From: a virus
Lineage: Duplodnaviria > Caudoviricetes
DNA length: 62,185 nucleotides
Direction: 5' to 3' (one strand)
IMG/VR virus record: IMGVR_UViG_3300047189_000049
Coordinates: 1 to 62,185 of that record
Shown piece by piece: positions 54,712 through 62,185 of this stretch. Each line of letters begins with the position of its first letter. The stretch's first letter is position 1. The notes below the pieces were generated by a model. That model was given only the letters and a program-made list of their open reading frames with translations. It made no database searches and was not told the DNA's origin. A program made the translations under genes and the position numbers.

Positions 54712-54839
54712 CGCCGGGCGCGCTGCGCGTCGTCAAGTACGGCGCAAACGCCATTCTCTGGCTGGGCGGCATCACGCTCGTCCTGCTCGCGCTCAGCCTC
54801 GCAGGCTGTGCCGACACCGTCTACAGCCTGATCCGGTAG
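54708..54839 (+). CDS. Possible tiny lipoprotein
   Basis: Hand-translated ...ITLVLLALSLAG-CADTVYSLIR. Confidence 0.4.
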   Translation: MTPGALRVVKYGANAILWLGGITLVLLALSLAGCADTVYSLIR

Positions 54840-54845
54840 CGCGCC

Positions 54846-55100
54846 ATGGAATTCCACGTGAGACTTCCAATTGCCGTGTTCGGGATCTGCGTGGTACTCG
54901 CGGTAGTCCTGATCCTCACCACCGCCCTCGCACTGGTCTTTGGCGTGCCGCTGGGAATTCTCTTCCTGCTGTGGCATGGCTGGCTGTTTCTCGCGCCGTC
55001 GGCCGCGCCTCACCCCGGGTACTGGGCCTTCTCCGGGGGGTTCGTGCTCTGCTGCGTGGCCTTCGACATGTTCTTCGGGATCCTCCACCTTAAGGAGTGA
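54846..55100 (+). CDS. Membrane protein
   Basis: Highly hydrophobic, 2-3 TM. Confidence 0.55.
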   Translation: MEFHVRLPIAVFGICVVLAVVLILTTALALVFGVPLGILFLLWHGWLFLAPSAAPHPGYWAFSGGFVLCCVAFDMFFGILHLKE

Positions 55101-55103
55101 TCC

Positions 55104-55349
55104 CTACATCGGGCGCTCATGGAAGAGTAGCGCCATCAGCGTGGCGCCCATGCCGGCCATGACCATGAGGCCGACCGTGATGATCCATTTGTTGACGCTG
55201 GTAATGCTCTTCGAGAGGCTCGCCTGTGCCGTAAGAATCCCCGTGTAGCGCTCCGCGCACACGGCCTCGTGCGTGTTGATCTGTGCCTGCACGGCGTTGA
55301 TCAGCTCCATTGCCCTTACCTCGCTCACGGTGAATCCCCTCTGCTCCAC
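55104..55349 (-). CDS. Coiled coil plus C-terminal TM protein
   Basis: HEAVCAERY, then hydrophobic tail. Confidence 0.6.
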   Translation of the reverse strand: MEQRGFTVSEVRAMELINAVQAQINTHEAVCAERYTGILTAQASLSKSITSVNKWIITVGLMVMAGMGATLMALLFHERPM

Positions 55350-55351
55350 GG

Positions 55352-55906
55352 TTACTGATCGCTTCCCGCGGCAGCGGTCAGCGGCTGTTGCTTGGTGGCG
55401 GCTGCAGACACCTGCAGGGCCTTGTCGACGACGTCATCCTGAGGACGCGGCACAACCTCGCCCGGGGACGCGGGGCGCTGTGGGCCGCGCGTACCATCGA
55501 ACACGGACGGCACGAGCTTCGACGTCTTCGGCGAGAACTTGCGGATCTGCCCGTCCTTCTCGGTCTTGATGTAGCTGTCAGCGCCGAGCTGCTGCGACAT
55601 CGATACGTCGGCGGGCGAGAAGAGCTCGGTGTGGCTGGGCATACCGTCGTCGTTGGCGCGGTCTTCCGGGTGCGTGTGGTAGATCGAATCGAAGTGCGCG
55701 CCCTTCGGGGTCTGCGTGCGCAGCTCGAAGTGGTCGGAGTGCCCCTGGACCGGCACCGAATAGCAGTAGTTGCCGTCGGCGTCCTTGTAGATGACACCGC
55801 CGTACTCGTGCTCGGTGATCGGTCGCGCGAACGCCTGATACGCGGCGCGGTCGCGGTCGGGCTGCCAGACGCAGGATGGGTCGACAGGTGCTGGTAGGGC
55901 GGCCAT
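55352..55906 (-). CDS. JAB/MPN (JAMM-motif, DUF4329-like) domain protein
   Basis: HEYGGVIY...YHTHP...FSPADV; TGATG coupling. Confidence 0.7.
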   Translation of the reverse strand: MAALPAPVDPSCVWQPDRDRAAYQAFARPITEHEYGGVIYKDADGNYCYSVPVQGHSDHFELRTQTPKGAHFDSIYHTHPEDRANDDGMPSHTELFSPADVSMSQQLGADSYIKTEKDGQIRKFSPKTSKLVPSVFDGTRGPQRPASPGEVVPRPQDDVVDKALQVSAAATKQQPLTAAAGSDQ

Positions 55907-56454
55907 CAGATCACCGTAACCTGTAGGGTGACGGTCTCCGTGGCGAGCACGGTGAGCGTCGTGGAGTCGCGCACTTCCAGAGTGAATACGCATGTGAACG
56001 TGCCGGGCGTGGCCTTCGTGAGGCTCCAGCTCTGCGTCGCGCTGATCCAGCTGCCGGTCGTTCCGCTCGTGAGGCTGCCTGATGTGACGGTTGCGCGCAT
56101 CTGCACCGTGCTGACCTGTCCGGCCGGGGCACACCATGCGCCGTCGTTGACCGTTCCGCCTGAAAGCGTGTTCTCGTAGCGGTTGCCGTCGAAGTTGAGC
56201 TGCAGCGAGGCGCTCGCGCCGCCGGGACCGGAGTCGCTGACAGTCTGGTTGGCGGGCAGCGTGATGGTGCGGTTCGCCTTGCCGTAGAAGTCCGTCGGCA
56301 TGGTGATGACGCCACTGGGCTTTCCGGCCAGCGTGCGTACCGCGGCATCGTTCAGGCTGATCTGTGCCGTTGCGCCGAGCCCGAGCTCCAGCGCAATGGA
56401 CTGTCCGGCGGTGCTACCGCCGAGACTGATCGGACCTGAGGAGTTCAGTGTCAC
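55906..56454 (-). CDS. Tail-fibre distal/accessory protein
   Basis: LNSSGPISL..SIALEL..ISLND..DFYGK; follows S74 fibre. Confidence 0.65.
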   Translation of the reverse strand: MTLNSSGPISLGGSTAGQSIALELGLGATAQISLNDAAVRTLAGKPSGVITMPTDFYGKANRTITLPANQTVSDSGPGGASASLQLNFDGNRYENTLSGGTVNDGAWCAPAGQVSTVQMRATVTSGSLTSGTTGSWISATQSWSLTKATPGTFTCVFTLEVRDSTTLTVLATETVTLQVTVI

Positions 56455-57857
56455 GGAAGCTCCGCCCTGATCAGGTCGAGCTCGTGGCTCAGGCGATCAA
56501 TCTGGTCCTGCTGGGTCTTGACGACCTCGATCAGGAGCGCCGTGAGGCGGTCATACTTCACGCCGAGCGACCCATCTGCGCGCTGCCCGACGATCTCGGG
56601 TAGCACGGCCTGAATCTCCTGCGCGATGACGCCAACGTCAGCCTTGCGGTTGAAGTACCCGTCGACGCCGCCGTGCTCCTTCAGGTACTGGTCGGTCCAG
56701 TCGTAGCGCACGCCCCGGATCTGCCGCACCATCTCGATTGGGTCTTCGATGGCGCGGATGTTCTCCTTGAGCCGGCGATCCGACGTGTAGTACGCCGTGA
56801 CGTTGCCGGTCGCGCGCACCTCTCCGATCACGCCAGACGCGGCCGTGCCGACACCGATGCTGTGGACCTGATAGTCGTTGGCGGTGTTCAGCGCGTTGGC
56901 GGTAGTAGCCGTCGTAGCCGTGGCGGCGTTGCCCGTGCACGACGCCGCCGATCCGTTCGTGTTCTGGTTGAGCACGGGGACGTCAGACGCCTGAATGGCC
57001 CCCATGACGACGTGCGTACCATTGCCGCGCAGGAAGTTCGCCACGGTCACGGCGCCAGCGAGTGCGTCGATGGCGGCCTGCTGTGTTCCGGCGCCAGTGC
57101 CGCCGTTGGCGATGGCGAGTGTGCCACCAAGCACGACAGCGCCGGCTGACGGCGTGTTCGGGGTGAGACCCGTCGTTCCGCCACTGAACGACGTGACACC
57201 GGTGGAGATCGCCTGCCACGACAGGTTGCCGGCGCCATCGTTCGTCAGGTACGTCGTGCCGCTGCCGTTGCTGTTCGGCCAGATCACGGTGTATGTGCCG
57301 GCCGCAGCAGGCACGGTGAACGTGACGATGCCTGACACCGACCCCTTGAGCCTCATGCCGAGGATGTTCGGGTACGTGCCGTCGAAGGTGAAGTTCGCGG
57401 AGGCCGAGAAGCCGCCCGCGCTGTTGTACTGGACCTGCGTGTTCGCGCCGGCCGCCGTGGTCGGCAGCGACGTGTTGAAGATCAGGATGTTCGTGCCATC
57501 GCTGATGATAGCCGTGCGGTATCCCTGCGGCAGCACGACACTGGAGCCTGCGCCGCCGCTTGAGATGGTCAGACTGAAGGCGCCGCTGGTTCCGTTGTTC
57601 ACGCTCCAGATGCCGCCGACGCCGGTGGGCAGCTGGTAATTGACGTTGGCGGTGAGCACGCCAGTTACGTTCAGATTCGGGGGCGTGTACTGCGTCGACG
57701 TCAGCACGGTGACGCCCGAGAGACCCGTCACGGACAGGTTCGTGGTGCCACCGAGCGCGCTGTCTAGCGCGTTCCAGTTCGCATTGACCGGCACGTCCCA
57801 GACGTTGACATTGCTGCCATTCGCCGGGGTGTTCAGTGCCTTGTTCGTTGTGGCCAT
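56451..57857 (-). CDS. Tail fibre with C-terminal S74 chaperone domain
   Basis: NGGTGA repeat, YTSDRRLKENI..GVRYDW..GVIAQEI..VKYDRL. Confidence 0.85.
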   Translation of the reverse strand: MATTNKALNTPANGSNVNVWDVPVNANWNALDSALGGTTNLSVTGLSGVTVLTSTQYTPPNLNVTGVLTANVNYQLPTGVGGIWSVNNGTSGAFSLTISSGGAGSSVVLPQGYRTAIISDGTNILIFNTSLPTTAAGANTQVQYNSAGGFSASANFTFDGTYPNILGMRLKGSVSGIVTFTVPAAAGTYTVIWPNSNGSGTTYLTNDGAGNLSWQAISTGVTSFSGGTTGLTPNTPSAGAVVLGGTLAIANGGTGAGTQQAAIDALAGAVTVANFLRGNGTHVVMGAIQASDVPVLNQNTNGSAASCTGNAATATTATTANALNTANDYQVHSIGVGTAASGVIGEVRATGNVTAYYTSDRRLKENIRAIEDPIEMVRQIRGVRYDWTDQYLKEHGGVDGYFNRKADVGVIAQEIQAVLPEIVGQRADGSLGVKYDRLTALLIEVVKTQQDQIDRLSHELDLIRAELP

Positions 57858-57865
57858 CTCGTCTC

Positions 57866-60079
57866 CTAGATCGCGCGCTTCGCGACGTCGAGCGCCTTGA
57901 CGATGGCTTCGTCAGGTGCCTGCAGAAGTGGTTCGGTGCGGCTGTCCTCGACCTTCTTGGCGCGCTTCGCAGCGAGCATTAGACGGCCGACCAGCTGCTC
58001 GTGACTGCGCCCGGCGCGACCACCGCTGGCGCGCTCGATGCGACCGCCAGATGCCGACGCGTTCGGGCCACCCTCGAAGCGCTTGATTGCTTCCAGCAGG
58101 CGCGCCTTCACGCCGGGGCGGTTGATGTCGATGGGGTCGTTCACGCCGATGCCGAGGAAGTGCGCGACGTGCTGTGCGTAAGACGCCGGGGCAGCCGCAT
58201 CCCAGCCTTTGCCGGGGGTGTTGATCAGCGCGGCCGGCGTGTCCAGCCCGGAGCGAAGCTTGTGCTCAAGCAGGGCGGCGGCGGCGGCCTCGCCGTGGGC
58301 GGGAGTCGCGAACTTCGCAAACGTGCCGTCTGAGCCCACATACCCGGGCTGCGACTTCGCGAAGTCGCCGTCCTTGATGTTGCCCATGTTGTTGTTGCGC
58401 ACGCTGGGCGGAGCGCTCGGATCCGTCTGCGGGCTGTCCGTGGACGCGCCCTCGTTGGCGAGATCGCCGTAGTAGCCGAGCTGCCGCATGTGCTGGCCCA
58501 TGGGCGAGCGGATCGCGCCCTCGGCACGACCTGCGCCGTACTGTATGGCACCGGCGAGCCTCGGTGAGCTCGCGGCGAACTGGCCGACGGCAAGCCCCGG
58601 GTGGCCCATGAAGGCGAGAGGCGTGGCAAGCACGCTTTCCAGCGCGGTGCGCGCGCCGCCAGCGGACCACGGGTGCAGCGCCATGCCGGCGAGCATGGGG
58701 GCAAGGTGCGGATCCTTCGCGGCCAGCTGGTCGAGCAGGCTCTGGGCGCCCGGGCTCTTCAGACTGCGCAGCGACTTCGCCGTGGCGGCGGCCGCGGCCG
58801 TGTTGTTGCCGAGGCCGAGTGTCTTCTGCAGGTTCTGCAGGTTGTTGCGACCCGTCTGGTAGCTCTCCATGAGATTCGCGTATTCGGGGTCGGCATCGAC
58901 GATGGCCTTCTTCGTGGCGTCGTAGATGCTGCCCATGTGGCGACGCGCGACGTCGTTCGACGTGCTGTCGCGCAGGTCCCAGACGGCCTGCTTCAGATTG
59001 TCCATGCCCATGAGAGACTGGTACGCCCGATCCGGCGCGTGCTTCCAGCCGTCGACCATCTGCTCGACTTCATCGAGCATGTCGTTGGCGTGCTTGAACT
59101 GGCCGACGTTCACGCCGCCGGCACGCGTCTGCGATCGGGCATCCTGAATGGCCTGCTCGATGCGATTGAAGTCAGGGTTCACCTGATTCAGTGTGCCCTT
59201 CTTGGCAAGGTACGCGTCGCTCGCGTCCTGTCGCACGCCGCGCAGCGCGTCCTGCGCCGCCTGCTGGAACTCGGAGGCATCCCCCTGTCCGCTGTAGAAC
59301 CGCTTGAACGTGTCGCGCAGTGCCGGGTCCGAAGACGAACCGGCGGCGTGCGCAACCTTGAGCAGCGACGCGGGCACGCCTGTCGCCGCGCTCTGCGCGC
59401 CGCGGACGGCGATGGTTGCCGGCTTCGCTACGGTCTTGGCGACGCTCATCGCGGCGTTCACCGGATCCGCCATGGAGGCGACCTTGCCTACCTTTCCGGC
59501 GATGCCAGTGGCGCCAGCGCCGAAGCTCAGCGGCGTCGTGACGTCCATGAGCACGGACGCCGGGTCTTCGCCCAGCGCCTTCTTGAAGCCAGCCACGCTG
59601 CCGTAGGACTGCTTGTAGTGCTCGCCGAGCGCATCCAGCAGCTTCTCGTTCTCGGCCTTCGAGGCCGGGTCTTGAGGCATGCCGATGGCGCCAGCGGCCT
59701 TTGAGGCCACACCCTTGCCGAGCGCGCCAAGCGACTCCATGGTCTGCACGGGGTGCGCGAACGCCGACACCGTGGATCCGATGACGTCGCCGGCGCTGGG
59801 GATAAGGTTCTTGCCGGCCTGCTCGAACGTGTCGCCCCATGACGGCTCAGGACCACCGGCGGGGGCGCGAGCCACGCCGCGATGGACGGCCGGGGTCGGC
59901 GCGTGCGCGGCATGCGGAGCTGCGGGCCGCGTGGCAGCGTCAGGCTCCGGCTTCGGCTTCACCGAGGCAGCGAACTGCTGATAGGCTGCGTCGTCTCCGC
60001 CGTCGCCGGCAGCAGCCGCAGGCCTCACCGAGGCGGCGAACTGCTGATAGGCTGCGTCGTTGTCGAGTGCTTCTGGCAT
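57866..60079 (-). CDS. Ejection/internal virion protein with C-terminal lysozyme-like domain
   Basis: 2x DAAYQQFAASV; SSPRLAG; RNNNMGNI..FAKFATP; SASGG/RASGG tags. Confidence 0.7.
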   Translation of the reverse strand: MPEALDNDAAYQQFAASVRPAAAAGDGGDDAAYQQFAASVKPKPEPDAATRPAAPHAAHAPTPAVHRGVARAPAGGPEPSWGDTFEQAGKNLIPSAGDVIGSTVSAFAHPVQTMESLGALGKGVASKAAGAIGMPQDPASKAENEKLLDALGEHYKQSYGSVAGFKKALGEDPASVLMDVTTPLSFGAGATGIAGKVGKVASMADPVNAAMSVAKTVAKPATIAVRGAQSAATGVPASLLKVAHAAGSSSDPALRDTFKRFYSGQGDASEFQQAAQDALRGVRQDASDAYLAKKGTLNQVNPDFNRIEQAIQDARSQTRAGGVNVGQFKHANDMLDEVEQMVDGWKHAPDRAYQSLMGMDNLKQAVWDLRDSTSNDVARRHMGSIYDATKKAIVDADPEYANLMESYQTGRNNLQNLQKTLGLGNNTAAAAATAKSLRSLKSPGAQSLLDQLAAKDPHLAPMLAGMALHPWSAGGARTALESVLATPLAFMGHPGLAVGQFAASSPRLAGAIQYGAGRAEGAIRSPMGQHMRQLGYYGDLANEGASTDSPQTDPSAPPSVRNNNMGNIKDGDFAKSQPGYVGSDGTFAKFATPAHGEAAAAALLEHKLRSGLDTPAALINTPGKGWDAAAPASYAQHVAHFLGIGVNDPIDINRPGVKARLLEAIKRFEGGPNASASGGRIERASGGRAGRSHEQLVGRLMLAAKRAKKVEDSRTEPLLQAPDEAIVKALDVAKRAI

Positions 60080-60081
60080 GA

Positions 60082-62185
60082 CTACTGGTTCTTCAGGAAT
60101 CGCGACAGGTTCTCGACGCCGTAGTTCTCTTTTCCGTAGCGATCAATGAATGCTGGCGGAACCTTGCCGGAGAAAATGTCTGGCGCGCGCTTCATGATGT
60201 CCAGCAGCGCCTGCTTGGCCTTTCCGTATTCGATCTCGGAGTGCTCGTTGCGGAACGAGGACTGCGCGTTCTGCGCAAGGTAAAGGTCTCCCTGCCCCGG
60301 ATGGCGGGCGGCGGCGTTGCCCTTGTACTCGTTCATGTACTCGGCCATGTCGAGCGCGTGCTGCTTGTCGACGTACAGGCTGGCGAGCACGGACGTTGCC
60401 TGCTGCTTCGAGAGCTGCGTCGTCGGGACGGCCGTGGCCGCCGCCTCGAGCGCGCCCAGCGAGTTCTGGTCTGCGCCGTGGGCGCGCGCAAACGTCAGCA
60501 TGGCGCCGAGCTTGTCGGCGGCGGCCTTGAGGCCCATGGCATCATGGGGTGTGGCGTCAGCGATCAGGTATGGCGTGGGATCCACACCTGCGGCACCAGC
60601 GATGGTGCGCATGATGTCGTTGGCGCGTCCCGCGAGCCCGGCCTTGATGCCGTTGAACGCGCCGCCGGCGAGCACGCCGTTGTCCGGCATCGCCATCAGC
60701 GTCGAAGACAGCTGCGAAATCGTTCCGCCCTGCGTGTGCGCGCTCGCCGCGTTCTGCACGATGCCGTCTTCGGTCTTCGCGGAAATCGCGCGCTCGTTTT
60801 CCCACTGCGTGGGGTCGAGCTGCGTCAGGCGAGAGTAGTCCTGATCGATGCGCGACGTGCCGTAGTCCTTCACGTAGTTGTGAGACTCCTGCGAGCGCGG
60901 CAGGCCAGAGATCGCCTGATCGGCGGTCTGCTGGCCGCCGCCTGCAGGCGCCCCGGAAAGCTTGGCTGCCTGCTGGGCGCCAGCGAGCGGCGGCGCCTTG
61001 CCCTGCGCAACCAGCGCGCGGTACTGGCCAAGGAGCATGCGCTGGCCGTTGGCGAGCGTGACCATGCCGTTGTTGACCGCGATGCCCTGCGCGACGTTTG
61101 CGGTGTCGGCTTGCGTCTTCTCGATCCTTGCCTGCTGCTGTGCGGTATTCATGTAGGACTGCGCGCCGGCGCCAACGCCGGAGGCCAGCGCCACGCCGAG
61201 GCTGCGGGTCGGCGCCGTGCCCATGGCGGCGACACCGGTCAGCAGCGGGATCAGGTTCTCGCGCTTGTCGAGGTTCAGGCCCTTCAGGAAGTTCAGGACC
61301 GACGTACCGGCGTGCGTGAGCTTGTCGCCGACGTTGTAGGACGGCTTCTGGGCGGAGTTCGGCTGACCCGCGGCACTGGGCTGCGGCAGGCCGGAGGAGC
61401 TCTGGGAGAGCGCCAGCGCCTGCGCAGGGTCCAGTCCCGGCTGGGGCGCAGCAGGAGCGGCCGCAGGGGGCGCGGAGTAGTCGCCTGCACCCTGAGTCTG
61501 GCCGGCGACGGACGCCGCCAGCTGGTCGTCTGGCGAGCCCACAGGGGCAAGCCCGGGCGACGGCGCGCGGCGCGCGGCTGGAACCGGGGCCGCCGCGGGC
61601 GCGGCAGGCTGCTGCGTGGCAGCAGGGGCACGGAGCCCCGGCATGACCGGGTCCGCGCCCCGGTTGAGACTCGCGCCCAGCGGATCCATGGGCGGCTGGC
61701 CGCCGAGCATGCCGCGGGTCGTTTCGTCCATCTTGGCGCGACGCGCCAGAAATTCTGGGTCGTGACTCTGGTCGGAGAACAGACCCTTGACGTGATCCCA
61801 CGCGCTGCTGCCGAGGTCGCGCAGGCTGTGCGAAAGCTGGTGCTGCTCGGGAGACCACTGGTCGTCGCCGGCGAGCCCATCATCGGGACTTCCGCCACCG
61901 GCATACCCTGCGCGGCCGCCGCGGCGCATGGATGACACCATGGCCGCGATCTTCGCGACATCCATGGCGTCATCCATGCCACTGCGCGGCTTGCCCTGCG
62001 GAGGCTGAGCAACGGCGAGCGTGTTGTGAGGCGCGTCGTTCGGGATATCAAGACCAGACCCTTCTGTCTGGTACGGCATGCCGCCACCGGCATACCCTGC
62101 GCGGCCGCCGCGGCGCATGGATGACACCATGGCCGCGATCTTCGCGACATCCATGGCGTCATCCATGCCACTGCGCGGCTTGCCC
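60082..62185 (-). CDS. C-terminal part of the junction-spanning ejection protein (starts at 2136)
   Basis: In-frame continuity through the 67-bp overlap; LLTGVAAM..SLGVALASG. Confidence 0.75.
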   Translation of the reverse strand, partial: GKPRSGMDDAMDVAKIAAMVSSMRRGGRAGYAGGGMPYQTEGSGLDIPNDAPHNTLAVAQPPQGKPRSGMDDAMDVAKIAAMVSSMRRGGRAGYAGGGSPDDGLAGDDQWSPEQHQLSHSLRDLGSSAWDHVKGLFSDQSHDPEFLARRAKMDETTRGMLGGQPPMDPLGASLNRGADPVMPGLRAPAATQQPAAPAAAPVPAARRAPSPGLAPVGSPDDQLAASVAGQTQGAGDYSAPPAAAPAAPQPGLDPAQALALSQSSSGLPQPSAAGQPNSAQKPSYNVGDKLTHAGTSVLNFLKGLNLDKRENLIPLLTGVAAMGTAPTRSLGVALASGVGAGAQSYMNTAQQQARIEKTQADTANVAQGIAVNNGMVTLANGQRMLLGQYRALVAQGKAPPLAGAQQAAKLSGAPAGGGQQTADQAISGLPRSQESHNYVKDYGTSRIDQDYSRLTQLDPTQWENERAISAKTEDGIVQNAASAHTQGGTISQLSSTLMAMPDNGVLAGGAFNGIKAGLAGRANDIMRTIAGAAGVDPTPYLIADATPHDAMGLKAAADKLGAMLTFARAHGADQNSLGALEAAATAVPTTQLSKQQATSVLASLYVDKQHALDMAEYMNEYKGNAAARHPGQGDLYLAQNAQSSFRNEHSEIEYGKAKQALLDIMKRAPDIFSGKVPPAFIDRYGKENYGVENLSRFLKNQ
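61892..62185. repeat. 189-bp-period tandem repeat (63 aa) within the ejection gene
   Basis: CCGCCACCGGCATACCCTGCGC... starts at 61892 and 62081; continues into 10-129. Confidence 0.85.

Noticed and set aside
61892-62185. Biological terminal repeat or DGR template/variable pair
   Set aside because: Lies mid-gene, copies lack adenine-specific variation; best explained as tandem duplication plus assembly overlap

Overview
Essentially complete, circularly permuted genome (~62.1 kb) of a high-GC tailed dsDNA phage with podovirus-like architecture. Positions 10-76 equal 62119-62185, and one gene crosses that junction. The long minus-strand arm encodes TerS/TerL, portal, GroES, scaffold, Mu gpT-like major capsid, adaptors/nozzle, S74-chaperone fibres, ejection proteins and lysis genes. 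A second minus-strand block holds primase-polymerase/helicase, RuvC-like resolvase, peptide deformylase and a Mom-like DNA-modification enzyme. A plus-strand early arm (44.5-55.1 kb) carries small genes, two nucleases and an SSB-like gene. I found no integrase, replicative DNA polymerase, CRISPR or reverse transcriptase. Most striking observations: (1) a complete 76-nt tRNA-Gly-like element with GlyRS identity elements but a distorted anticodon loop and T-stem lies in frame inside the 5' end of the mom-like gene, suggesting a dedicated glycyl donor for DNA hypermodification; (2) a recurrent (K/R/Y/F)-x-x-G-G tag marks many virion-cargo proteins and exactly separates the four modules of an 1851-aa polyvalent protein, alongside a second shared ALxVA helix and three encoded proteases (JAB/JAMM, permuted papain, HslV-like); (3) a homing endonuclease has left a recoded duplicate of its target gene's 3' end; (4) six sigma70-type promoters share a 13-bp operator-like pseudo-palindrome at a fixed position. 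All family calls come from motif recognition by eye, not database searches.
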